NCBI GenBank assembly: GCA_013001465.1
Contig: JABDMM010000029.1
Location: 11,385-75,384, forward strand
Reading direction: 5' to 3'
Source: Chitinophagales bacterium
GTDB taxonomy: Bacteria; Bacteroidota; Bacteroidia; Chitinophagales; JABDMM01
DNA length: 64,000 bases
The position numbers were made by a program, and so were the translations under genes. Below the pieces are notes generated by a model. That model saw only the letters and a program-made list of their open reading frames with translations, did no database searches and was not told the origin of the DNA. Below, piece by piece: positions 1 through 9,151 of the stretch; the first letter of the stretch is position 1; each line of letters opens with the position of its first letter.

Positions 1-425
1 AATCGAGGCAGCAAATATTGTGTTTGGGCAAGTTCTACCTGTGTTTTAGCTTGAACTGTTTGTGCCCTTTGAGCAAAAATATCGAGGATAAGCATGCTCC
101 TATCAAGAACTTTTATCCGAAGGGTCTTTTCAAGATTTCTCTGCTGAGTAGGCGAAATTTCATCGTCGATGATCAGCATATCGATGTCCTTAGCCTTGAT
201 ATACTGATGGATCTCTTCAAGCTTTCCTTTTCCAACATAAGTCGCTGTATTAGGATGCCTGAGCTTTTGGTAAAAGGTATTGATAGCTACAGCACCTGCT
301 GTTTCAGCAAGAAAAGCAAGTTCATCTAAATACTCTTCTAGTTGCTGCAACGTTTGGTCTTCGGTAACAAGCCCAAGTAAAACTGCCTTCTCTTCCTCGC
401 TCTCTCTTTTAAATTGAAATTTCAA
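1..425 (-). CDS. hflX: GTPase HflX, N-terminal part (gene continues beyond window start)
   Basis: Own minus-strand translation: LKFQFKRESEEEKAVLLGLVTEDQTLQQLEEYLDELAFLAETAGAVAINTFYQKLRHPNTATYVGKGKLEEIHQYIKAKDIDMLIIDDEISPTQQRNLEKTLRIKVLDRSMLILDIFAQRAQTVQAKTQVELAQTQYLLPRL. This carries HflX N-domain signatures (GKGK..E, DDEISPxQxRNLE, DRSxLILDIFAxRA, QVELAQxxY). An in-frame TAG just upstream leaves TTG at 425 as the first start. The ORF is absent from the track because it runs off the edge. Confidence 0.8.
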   Translation of the reverse strand, partial: MKFQFKRESEEEKAVLLGLVTEDQTLQQLEEYLDELAFLAETAGAVAINTFYQKLRHPNTATYVGKGKLEEIHQYIKAKDIDMLIIDDEISPTQQRNLEKTLRIKVLDRSMLILDIFAQRAQTVQAKTQVELAQTQYLLPR

Positions 426-585
426 ATTCTATCTTTTTTGAAGATACAAAAGTAGCAGATGTTATACGCTAATGCTAACTATACTGTAAAGGATTCCTAA
501 TAAAATAATGACATTCTTATAATAATGAGAAAATAATTTATGGAATCATCCACCCGTTTGCATCTATGTACAAATCCTCACAACT

Positions 586-1392
586 ATGAGATCAGTTTTG
601 CAAATTCCTATAAACTTTAGAGACCCACGTTGGTTTCAAATCTCATTCTTATCCTTCTTCCTGATATACGGAATTTTCTTTCTCGACTGGGAAATGGATA
701 TCACTCGCTATCTCGTGATCTTTGGATCAGCTATCATTGCACAGATCGTTTGCACCTATTTTACGACAAAGGATTATTCTTCGATCAAAAGCGCATTGAT
801 CTCGGCTCTTAGTTTGTGTCTGCTATTAAAAACAAACTTGTATGCTACAGCGGTTATTGCTGCTGTTATCACCATCGCAAGTAAATTCCTGATCCGTTAT
901 AATAATAAGCACATTTTCAACCCGGCTAATTTTGGGATCATCGCTACCATCTTGTTAACAGGCGATGCATGGCTATCTCCCGGTCAATGGGGAAACAGCA
1001 TGTTACTCCTTTTCATTATCGGCATTACCGGCTTCGCTGTTCTATTCAGAGTGGGCAGGATCGACACCAGCATAGCGTTTATCTCTACCTTCTTTGCGCT
1101 TGAATTCATGCAAAACGTGATCTATAAAGGATGGCCACTCGATTATGTATTACATGAGTTCTCCAGTGGTACTCTTCTGCTCTTCACTTTTTTCATGATC
1201 ACCGATCCTAAAACAACACCTAATTCTTCAAAAGCAAGAATTATCTGGTCGGTTATGATCGCTCTGCTCGCTTTCTTTCTTACAAATTGGTTTTACGTGC
1301 ATGCTGCTCCGGTTTGGGCATTGGTAATTTCCGCACCGGTCACCGCACTGCTAGATAAAGTATTTATTCACCAAAAATTTTCATGGACATGA
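586..1392 (+). CDS. RnfD/NqrB-like polytopic membrane protein (short form)
   Basis: 268 aa and strongly hydrophobic. It has an FFMITDPKTTP motif, as in the NQR2/RnfD/RnfE family. It overlaps the next gene by 10 nt. Confidence 0.5.
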   Translation: MRSVLQIPINFRDPRWFQISFLSFFLIYGIFFLDWEMDITRYLVIFGSAIIAQIVCTYFTTKDYSSIKSALISALSLCLLLKTNLYATAVIAAVITIASKFLIRYNNKHIFNPANFGIIATILLTGDAWLSPGQWGNSMLLLFIIGITGFAVLFRVGRIDTSIAFISTFFALEFMQNVIYKGWPLDYVLHEFSSGTLLLFTFFMITDPKTTPNSSKARIIWSVMIALLAFFLTNWFYVHAAPVWALVISAPVTALLDKVFIHQKFSWT

Positions 1393-2828
1393 AGAACATC
1401 ATTTTATTATCGATCCTTATCCCATTTCTCTTTGTATCAGATGCAATTGCATTCTGCGGCTTTTATGTCGCGAAAGCAGATGCAGATCTATTTAACAAGT
1501 CATCAGAAGTAATTATCAGCCGACAAGACAAGCATACCGTTATCACCATGTCGAATGATTATAGTGGCGATATCAAAGACTTCGCAATGGTGGTACCAGT
1601 TCCTCAAATACTTCAGGAAGAAGATATTCGGGTTGTTGAACACATCATCTTTGACAAGCTGGACGCATATTCGGGACCTCGGCTTGTTGAATATCATGAT
1701 AGAAACCCATGTGCACCGGTCTACGATATGATGGCACTGGAAAGTGTAAGTGCACCATCTAAAAGAAATGCGAGCGCAGATTGGGCGGAAGTGGAGGACG
1801 AAGACAACTATCAGGTGACCATTGAGGCAGAATATACTATCGGTGAATATGATATCGTGATCTTGTCTGCAGAAGAATCTGACGGACTGGAAAGATGGTT
1901 GCTCGATAACGGATATAAAATTCCAACCAAAGCAAGTTCTGTGCTTAAGCCTTATATCCGATCTGATATGAAATTCTTTGTCGTTAAGGTAAACCTGGAC
2001 AATCAAAAGATGATGGGTTTCGAAACACTTCGACCTATTCAAATCGAGTTCGAAAGTGATAAATTCATGCTGCCGATCAGGTTAGGAATGGCAAATGCTG
2101 AAGATTTTCAGGACCTGATCATTTACATGTTTACCGAAAGAGGAAGAGTTGAGACAGCAAACTACAGAACGATCAAACTGAGAACAGACAGAAATATACC
2201 AGAGTTTGTAGTGGACGACTTCGGCGGTTTCTACACCTCTCTTTTTGATAAAGCTTACGAAGAGGAATATAGAAATGCAGTGTTCATGGAGTACGCTTGG
2301 GATCTGGGATCTAATAACTTTGTAAAGTGTGACCCTTGTCCCGTTACTCCTCCATCGATCACCGACTTACATACTGCTGGTGTCAAATGGGTTAGCCGTA
2401 ACTATCAAAACAATTGGGGTGGCTCAGATTATGTTGGAAATGTTTTCATGACACGCCTTCATGTGCGTTACGACAGGTCAAACTTTCCACAGGACCTGTT
2501 TTTCACAGAAACTCCCAGTAGGGAAAATTTCCAGGGGCGCTTTATAATGACTCATGCAGCAAAAGGAGTTATAGACTGTGAGCAAGCACTTGGTTATTAC
2601 AAGCAAGTACAGAACAGAAGGGAAAATGAAATGGAGGAATTAGCTGAGCTAACAGACTGGGACTTGAGTGATTATAACTACTATTTAAAAGAGTATCAGG
2701 TTAAAATAGACAAGTTCAATAAGAGAAGAGAAATGAACAAAGGTGGATTGGGTATTAGTATTGTTATGCTGATCCTGTTAAGCGCCTTAAGTATAAGACT
2801 GGAAAGATCTTCCAGAAAGTACAACTAA
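1383..2828 (+). CDS. DUF2330-like secreted, C-terminally anchored protein
   Basis: 481 aa. Signal peptide followed by the AFCGFYVAKAD motif recalled as typical of DUF2330, plus a C-terminal TM helix (GLGISIVMLILLSALSI). Confidence 0.55.
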   Translation: MDMKNIILLSILIPFLFVSDAIAFCGFYVAKADADLFNKSSEVIISRQDKHTVITMSNDYSGDIKDFAMVVPVPQILQEEDIRVVEHIIFDKLDAYSGPRLVEYHDRNPCAPVYDMMALESVSAPSKRNASADWAEVEDEDNYQVTIEAEYTIGEYDIVILSAEESDGLERWLLDNGYKIPTKASSVLKPYIRSDMKFFVVKVNLDNQKMMGFETLRPIQIEFESDKFMLPIRLGMANAEDFQDLIIYMFTERGRVETANYRTIKLRTDRNIPEFVVDDFGGFYTSLFDKAYEEEYRNAVFMEYAWDLGSNNFVKCDPCPVTPPSITDLHTAGVKWVSRNYQNNWGGSDYVGNVFMTRLHVRYDRSNFPQDLFFTETPSRENFQGRFIMTHAAKGVIDCEQALGYYKQVQNRRENEMEELAELTDWDLSDYNYYLKEYQVKIDKFNKRREMNKGGLGISIVMLILLSALSIRLERSSRKYN

Positions 2829-2844
2829 TAATGAGCTTTTCAAC

Positions 2845-2884
2845 AACTCCCGTTAGGTCTATGCTGCTTAACGGGAGTTTTTTA
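2845..2884 (+). terminator. Rho-independent terminator after the DUF2330 gene
   Basis: An 11-bp stem, aactcccgtta (2845-2855) pairing with taacgggagtt (2869-2879), followed by a T-run to 2883. Confidence 0.65.
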
Positions 2885-2910
2885 TGAACGGAACTGATAG
2901 ATAAAATAGG

Positions 2911-2918
2911 TAGTTTTG
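2911..2918 (+). promoter_or_regulatory. Bacteroidota-type -7 box (TAGTTTTG) upstream of purF
   Basis: Exact match to TAnnTTTG, 17 nt before the ATG at 2935. No convincing -33 TTTG at the expected spacing. Confidence 0.3.
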
Positions 2919-2934
2919 TTACTCAATAGCAGCA

Positions 2935-4842
2935 ATGAGCGATTTTATCAAGCATGAATGTGGGGTAGCATTGATCCGCCTCCTCAAACCTCTCGAATAT
3001 TATATCGAAAAATATGGCACCCCTGCGTATGGTCTGAACAAGCTTTACCTGCTTATGGAGAAACAACATAACCGCGGTCAGGATGGCGCAGGAATCGCAT
3101 CCGTAAAACTGGATATGTTAGCTGGTGGACAGTATATTGATCGGCTGCGGTCTCTTGAAGATCAACCTATTAAACACATTTTTGAAGAAGTTTTTATTCC
3201 TTTCAGAAAGGCTAATGTTAAGCAACTGAACGATGCGAAATGGATCAAAAGAAATCTAAAATTTTCCGGTGAGCTACTCTTAGGTCATTTAAGATATGGC
3301 ACTCACGGCAAGAACAATATTAATAATTGCCACCCTTTTGTTCGTGAAAATAACTGGATGGCCAGGAATTTGGTCATTGCCGGAAACTTTAACCTCACAA
3401 ATGTTGATGAGTTGTTCGATCAATTGATTAGCCTTGGTCAGCATCCAAAAGAGAAATCCGATACTGTGACTGTTCTTGAAAAGATAGGTCATTTCCTGGA
3501 TGTAGATGTCCAGAAGATTTTTGATAAGTATAAAGATCAGGGATATTCCAATACTGATATCACGAGGTTCATTATCGATGAACTAAATGTAAAAAGAATA
3601 CTCAAGCGATCTGCAAGAGATTTCGACGGTGGCTACGTTATGGCTGGTTTGATAGGTCATGGTGATGCTTTCGTTATGCGAGATCCAAATGGAATACGAC
3701 CAGCCTATTATTATGTAGATGATGAAGTTGTCGTTGTTGCATCAGAACGCCCCTGCATCCAAACAGCATTCAATGTTCATTTCGACAACATCAGAGAAGT
3801 AGGTCCCGGCAAAGCGTTGATAATTCGCAAAGATGGGGTTGTAAAAGAAAAACAAATCCTCAAACCCAGAGAAAAAAGGTCCTGCAGTTTTGAGCGTATC
3901 TATTTTTCCAGAGGAACTGACTTTGAAATATACAGAGAGCGGAAAGAATTAGGTTATTTGCTGACCGATGTAATATTGAATGAAATAGACAACGATCTGG
4001 AAAACACCGTTTTCTCATTCATCCCAAATACGGCAGAAGTCGCTTTCTATGGTATGATGAAAGGGTTGGATGAATATATCGATAATTACAAGTTAAAGAC
4101 CCTGCGAAAACAGCTACCATTGTCAGAAGAAGAGACCAATCACTTGATCAGATTAAGACCACGGGTAGAAAAAATAGCTGTAAAAGATGTTAAAATGAGA
4201 ACTTTCATTACCGATGATAGCTCAAGGACAGACTTGGTTTCTCATGTATACGACATTACTTATGGTTCTGTGATCGCGGATAATGATACATTGGTTATCA
4301 TAGATGATTCAATAGTAAGAGGTACAACACTTGAAAAAAGTATCTTAAGTATTCTCGACAGGCTGTGTCCAAAGAAGATCGTGATCGTTTCTTCAGCGCC
4401 TCAGATCAGGTACCCTGATTGTTATGGTATAGATATGTCCAGATTGAACGAGTTCATTGCTTTTAGAGCTGCTGTTCGGCTTTTAAGAGAACATGACAAA
4501 GAACACATTCTTGAAAAAGTTTACGCTGAATGCAGAGAGCTTCTGAAATTGCCTACATCAAAATGCACATATAATCCGGTGAAACAAGTATATGATTCGT
4601 ATAGTCAGGAAGAAATTTCTGCAATGATATCAGAGATTGTTAAGCCAAAGCATATTTTCTCGGATGTCAAGATCATCTACCAATCTATCGACAACCTCCA
4701 CAAAGCATGTCCTAACAATACAGGAGATTGGTATTTTACCGGTAATTATCCAACTCCCGGAGGTAACAGAATGGTTGCGACTGCATTCATTAATTTCATG
4801 GAGGACCGCGATGTTCGTGCATATGAGGTTGCCTACTCTTAA
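2935..4842 (+). CDS. purF: Amidophosphoribosyltransferase (long Bacteroidota form)
   Basis: 635 aa. Ntn-amidotransferase N-terminus (..HECGVALI), PRTase loop LVIIDDSIVRGTT, and a length typical of the Bacteroidota enzyme. Confidence 0.9.
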   Translation: MSDFIKHECGVALIRLLKPLEYYIEKYGTPAYGLNKLYLLMEKQHNRGQDGAGIASVKLDMLAGGQYIDRLRSLEDQPIKHIFEEVFIPFRKANVKQLNDAKWIKRNLKFSGELLLGHLRYGTHGKNNINNCHPFVRENNWMARNLVIAGNFNLTNVDELFDQLISLGQHPKEKSDTVTVLEKIGHFLDVDVQKIFDKYKDQGYSNTDITRFIIDELNVKRILKRSARDFDGGYVMAGLIGHGDAFVMRDPNGIRPAYYYVDDEVVVVASERPCIQTAFNVHFDNIREVGPGKALIIRKDGVVKEKQILKPREKRSCSFERIYFSRGTDFEIYRERKELGYLLTDVILNEIDNDLENTVFSFIPNTAEVAFYGMMKGLDEYIDNYKLKTLRKQLPLSEEETNHLIRLRPRVEKIAVKDVKMRTFITDDSSRTDLVSHVYDITYGSVIADNDTLVIIDDSIVRGTTLEKSILSILDRLCPKKIVIVSSAPQIRYPDCYGIDMSRLNEFIAFRAAVRLLREHDKEHILEKVYAECRELLKLPTSKCTYNPVKQVYDSYSQEEISAMISEIVKPKHIFSDVKIIYQSIDNLHKACPNNTGDWYFTGNYPTPGGNRMVATAFINFMEDRDVRAYEVAYS

Positions 4843-5264
4843 CTATTCACATTGAGTAGGAGAAAGATACAAGGTACAAAAGAGGTGTTATAAAGTTTGC
4901 CGGTGATTCAGACCTATCTAAAGTCCAAATTTTAACACGTTTTTCTGAAATGGAAGGCTTTCCAAGGCCTTTTGGAGTGTTCTAAAAAGCTAAAGCAACC
5001 TATGACACCCTTCTTAAATCACAATGATGGTGAGCTTGATGAACTGCTAACTTGGTTGGCAAAATAGTTATCAACCCAAATTAATTTTATCAATAATAAT
5101 ATTATATTTAATATGTATCGGATAGTGTTTCAAAAAGCTAAATAGGCCTGTTAATTTTTCTGCACATTTTACCACCCAAATCTTCAAACCAAGCTTAACC
5201 TTTTTCAACAGCACTCGTACTATTATGCTGAATAACTCGGGTTGTTTTCATATATCAAAACAAA

Positions 5265-5272
5265 TAGATTTG
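5265..5272 (+). promoter_or_regulatory. -7 box TAGATTTG with TTG 20 nt upstream (5242-5244), promoter of the OmpA-family gene
   Basis: Exact TAnnTTTG match with a TTG at 20-nt spacing, 59 nt upstream of the TTG start at 5331. Confidence 0.4.
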
Positions 5273-5330
5273 AATACTCCCCGTCAATTTTAGTGAATAA
5301 TGCAATGTGCGATAGAAAACCAAAACTATC

Positions 5331-7232
5331 TTGAAGTTTAACAATTTTATAAAGGTTGCCATAAGTGGCCTTTTCATATTAGTATCTGTAAATTATTCAT
5401 CTGGCCAGGGATTTGGGTTAGATTCATTAGATCTAACGAAGTCCAAAAAGCGCAAAGATGAGAAGCAAAACCAGGTAGAGTTTCTTCAACCTGATATCGA
5501 TGCTTTATATTACAATTATTATAAGCGAGATGCCATTTCAAGTCCGCTTAGTCCACGACTGGATCTTGACTCAATGGCGTTCCATAAAGATAAGAACAAG
5601 CGCATTCAACAGGATGCTTATACTAATAATGAATATTATTACCCTTCCAAGCCTCGTAACCAATGGGAGTTAGGTGTGAACGGTGGGTTGATGATGATTA
5701 GCGGAGATGTTAAGACTAAATTTTTAGGAGGTAACAAACCTGCTCTACCTGGATATGGCGTAGGATTCTCGGTTAGAAAAGCATTAGGCTATGTATTGTC
5801 TATTAGAGGTCAATATCTCTTTGCGAGAACTTCAGGTCAAAACTGGGAACCCAGAAGTGCAAGATGGGACAATGCAGTTAACGGTTTAAATGATGCCGCA
5901 GTAGATTACAAAGTAAATGGGAACCCTGCAGCGAGTGGGCTTTACTTCCCAAATTACCGAACTACACTTCACGAATTTTCAGTTTCCGGAGTGATAACTT
6001 TAGGAAATGTGAGATTCCATAGAGAGAGGAATAGACTTAATTTTTATGGCTTTTTTGGCGCCGGTATGATGGCATATTATACCGAGGTTGATCAGTTAGA
6101 TGCTAACGGTAATATTTACGATTACAGAAATGTACTCGATTACTACTATACAAACCAAGGATTAGTAAACTCGACGAAAGAGCTTAAAGCTGAGGTGTTA
6201 AATCAGCTTCATGCATTATCAGATGGCAAGTTTGAAACGGCAGCTGAAGGACACAAAAACGAGGAAGGCTTTGGGAGATATGTTACTAATCCGATCGCCA
6301 ATGTTGGAATTGGAATTGGATTTCACCTTTCGAAAAAAGTCACTCTAAATCTTGAACAACGAGTGACCTGGACAAACGATGACCTGCTCGATGGAGTAAG
6401 GTGGCAGGATACCGAAGCTGATGCCATATTAACAAGAGATTATGACACTTACGGCTATACGTTCGCATCTTTAAATTTCCATTTAGGAAAAGACGCAGTG
6501 GAACCACTTTGGTGGATGAATCCAATGGACCATACTTACAAAAGGTTAGGCCAGATGGATCCTGCTGCAATGATAGAAGATCTCATCAAAGATGACGATG
6601 ACGATGGCGTACCAAATAAATTGGATCGAGAACCGGAAACTCCAACGGGGTGCCCGATCGATCCAAAAGGAATAGCACTTGACAGTGATGGAGACGGTTG
6701 TATCGATTGTCTCGATAAAGAACCGTTCTCTCCACCTGGTTATCCAATTGATGAGAATTGTGTTGCCATAGTGCCTGAATCTGAATGCTGTGATGAAGTA
6801 TCAACAGCACCTGCTGATCTCGATTGTTCGGCGGTGAATCTTCCGAGCATTCACTTTGAGATCGATAAATTCTATATCAGTCCTGAGTTTTTCGCTCATT
6901 TACACTCGATTGCGATGCGTATGCAAATGTGTCCGGATCTGAGAGTGATGGCCATTGGAACTGCAGATTCAAGAAGCTCTTCAAAATATAATGAACAGCT
7001 TTCGTGGAACAGGGTAAATAAAGCAATTACTTATCTTACAGAAAAGTATGGCCTATCCAGAGACCGATTTATCGTAGACTATATTGGTGAGAAGGAAGCG
7101 GGATATGCAAAGTCTGAGTTTGAACATTTACAGAACCGTCGAGTAGACTTCAAATTTGCTGAAGGAGAATCCGGACCTAGTAATCCTCCTGCACCGCACC
7201 CTGGCTTAAAAGCCGGAAGTGATAACTATTAG
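5331..7232 (+). CDS. OmpA-family outer-membrane protein with thrombospondin type-3 (Ca-binding) repeats
   Basis: 633 aa with a signal peptide. Asp-rich repeats (DDDDDGVPNKLDREP, DSDGDGCIDCLDKEP) and a C-terminal OmpA domain (IHFEIDKF..., NRRVDF). TTG is the first canonical start after an in-frame TAG at 5313. Confidence 0.85.
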   Translation: MKFNNFIKVAISGLFILVSVNYSSGQGFGLDSLDLTKSKKRKDEKQNQVEFLQPDIDALYYNYYKRDAISSPLSPRLDLDSMAFHKDKNKRIQQDAYTNNEYYYPSKPRNQWELGVNGGLMMISGDVKTKFLGGNKPALPGYGVGFSVRKALGYVLSIRGQYLFARTSGQNWEPRSARWDNAVNGLNDAAVDYKVNGNPAASGLYFPNYRTTLHEFSVSGVITLGNVRFHRERNRLNFYGFFGAGMMAYYTEVDQLDANGNIYDYRNVLDYYYTNQGLVNSTKELKAEVLNQLHALSDGKFETAAEGHKNEEGFGRYVTNPIANVGIGIGFHLSKKVTLNLEQRVTWTNDDLLDGVRWQDTEADAILTRDYDTYGYTFASLNFHLGKDAVEPLWWMNPMDHTYKRLGQMDPAAMIEDLIKDDDDDGVPNKLDREPETPTGCPIDPKGIALDSDGDGCIDCLDKEPFSPPGYPIDENCVAIVPESECCDEVSTAPADLDCSAVNLPSIHFEIDKFYISPEFFAHLHSIAMRMQMCPDLRVMAIGTADSRSSSKYNEQLSWNRVNKAITYLTEKYGLSRDRFIVDYIGEKEAGYAKSEFEHLQNRRVDFKFAEGESGPSNPPAPHPGLKAGSDNY

Positions 7233-7233
7233 A

Positions 7234-7800
7234 TTAAACTTCCTCGGCTACGACTTCTTTTACCTCAGGAATCATCCTTTTTAACAGACCTTCAATACCT
7301 CCTTTTAGGGTAACCATAGAAGAAGGGCATCCGCTGCATGCGCCTTGAAGCTGAACTGTTACCACACCTTCATCATAAGATTTGAAGGAGATATAGCCTC
7401 CATCCATTTCAATTGCAGGCTTTACATATTTTTCAAGTAGATCTGTGATCTTAGACTGAATAGAGCCATCTTCTTCCGTATGGACCTCTTTTTCCTCAAA
7501 ATAGTTTGAGTCAACAATTGCCTGACCAGATTCGATCTGATCCCTGATAGCATCCTTCAATTCATCCTGGATTTCATACCACTCATACTCATCTTTTTTA
7601 CTGATCGTGATGAAATTGTTTGAAATAAAAACTCTGTTCACAAATGGGATCTTAAACAACGCATTTGCCAATGGAGAACTCTTCGATTCAGCTTCGCTCG
7701 TAAATTCTGCGATATTATTAGCTAAGAGCATTCTGCCAGGTAATACAAATTTCAAACTAGCGGGATTTGGAGTTGTCTCCATATATATTTCTACAGGCAT
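7234..7800 (-). CDS. NifU/Nfu-type Fe-S cluster scaffold protein
   Basis: 188 aa. Nfu N-terminal domain plus a C-terminal NifU motif, GACSGCPSS. Confidence 0.85.
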   Translation of the reverse strand: MPVEIYMETTPNPASLKFVLPGRMLLANNIAEFTSEAESKSSPLANALFKIPFVNRVFISNNFITISKKDEYEWYEIQDELKDAIRDQIESGQAIVDSNYFEEKEVHTEEDGSIQSKITDLLEKYVKPAIEMDGGYISFKSYDEGVVTVQLQGACSGCPSSMVTLKGGIEGLLKRMIPEVKEVVAEEV

Positions 7801-7829
7801 CTTAATTTGTTTATGTTCACTTTAACATT

Positions 7830-7837
7830 CAAAGGTA
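7830..7837 (-). promoter_or_regulatory. -7 box TACCTTTG for the Nfu gene
   Basis: Exact TAnnTTTG on the minus strand, 29 nt upstream of the start at 7800. Confidence 0.4.
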
Positions 7838-7842
7838 GAAAT

Positions 7843-7850
7843 TAGTTTTG
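7843..7850 (+). promoter_or_regulatory. -7 box TAGTTTTG for the MFS gene
   Basis: Exact TAnnTTTG, 26 nt upstream of the ATG at 7877. TTTA at 7821-7824 could serve as the -33 element. Confidence 0.45.
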
Positions 7851-7876
7851 AGCCCCCATATGGATATAAGTAGAAT

Positions 7877-9151
7877 ATGAAAAACCTTAGAGCAGTAACT
7901 ACATTGCTTATAGCTAATGCTGTATCAGGTGTTGCTCAGGGAATAACCATGATCGCCATCCCTTGGTATTTCACCAGTATTATGGATAAAACTCAATTAT
8001 TTGGAGTCATCTACTTTATAGTTACTCTCGTTTCGCTTTTTTGGGGGCCATCTGCAGGAACGATAGTAGACAAGTTCAATAGGAAAAAAATCATGCTTAC
8101 AATAACAGGCAGTGGCACAGTGTTGATCGCCACTCTTGCTACATTAACATACCTGAGTAATGGTGAACAATGGATCTATGTCGCATTGGTTTTTGGGGTT
8201 ACCGTATTCATTTATAACATTCACTACCCTAATTTATATGCCTTTGCGCAAGAGATCACTGAAATCAGCAACTATGGTAGGATCACTTCATATCTTGAAA
8301 TTCAAGGTCAATCCACTTTCGCAATAGCTGGTGCAATAGGTGCTATATTACTAACAGGCACAGATGATGGCGTATTTAAGATCCTGGGGCGAACATTTGA
8401 TCTGGGATTTAAGATCGATGCCTGGCCTTTGCATAAAATATTTTTCTTTGATGCATTCACATATATCGTTTCATTCTTACTTCTGAGTTCGATCAAATAC
8501 GAATCACTTTTTCATAAAGAAAAAAGCCGATTGTCTTTTTTAAAAAGGTTTAAGCAAGGGGTCAGTTTTTTGCGTGAGAATAGATTGATCTTCATTTTTG
8601 GCAATGCCTCCTATTTCGTTTTCGCTACTATCCTCGTGTCGGGATTTTTCCTCATACCTAAATACGTTGATGCACAACTTCAGGAAGGAGCGGAAGTATA
8701 TGCATGGGGTGAAATGTTTTTTGCCCTTGGTTCATTGTTCGCAGGATTTCTCATTAATAGAGTATTTGATGCAAAAGGACCCGTAAAAGGGATCATCGTT
8801 TTAAGCTGTTTAGCATCTCTCGTTTACTTTTCGCTTGTATTCAATATCTGGGCAGGCTTTTTCTATTTTGCGTATCTGTTGATCGGACTGGCAAACGCTG
8901 GAATCCGTATTTTAAGAATGACCTACATTTTTAAGACTGTCCCTAATAATGTCATAGGCCGGCTAGGTAGTATTTTTATGGTGATCAATACATTATTTAG
9001 GCTGTTCTTTATTCTCTTGTTTTCAATTTCGATTTTCACAGTCGGAAATCATGTTGTTTATGCTTTTTTCATTTTGGGTATATTTACCTTGTGTGGTATG
9101 TCAATACTGATTTATTATTTAAAACCACTTCGAGCCTTAACTCGGAATTAA
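7877..9151 (+). CDS. MFS transporter
   Basis: 424 aa with roughly 12 predicted TM segments. It has an MFS loop motif, GTIVDKFNRKK. Confidence 0.8.
   Translation: MKNLRAVTTLLIANAVSGVAQGITMIAIPWYFTSIMDKTQLFGVIYFIVTLVSLFWGPSAGTIVDKFNRKKIMLTITGSGTVLIATLATLTYLSNGEQWIYVALVFGVTVFIYNIHYPNLYAFAQEITEISNYGRITSYLEIQGQSTFAIAGAIGAILLTGTDDGVFKILGRTFDLGFKIDAWPLHKIFFFDAFTYIVSFLLLSSIKYESLFHKEKSRLSFLKRFKQGVSFLRENRLIFIFGNASYFVFATILVSGFFLIPKYVDAQLQEGAEVYAWGEMFFALGSLFAGFLINRVFDAKGPVKGIIVLSCLASLVYFSLVFNIWAGFFYFAYLLIGLANAGIRILRMTYIFKTVPNNVIGRLGSIFMVINTLFRLFFILLFSISIFTVGNHVVYAFFILGIFTLCGMSILIYYLKPLRALTRN

Noticed and set aside
18-329. 103-aa plus-strand ORF at the window start
   Set aside because: It lies entirely antisense to a clear HflX N-terminal coding frame on the minus strand, and its sequence has no recognisable features.
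1503-2042. 179-aa minus-strand ORF
   Set aside because: It is antisense to the DUF2330 gene and has no motifs. The plus-strand frame has a signal peptide, conserved start and TM anchor.
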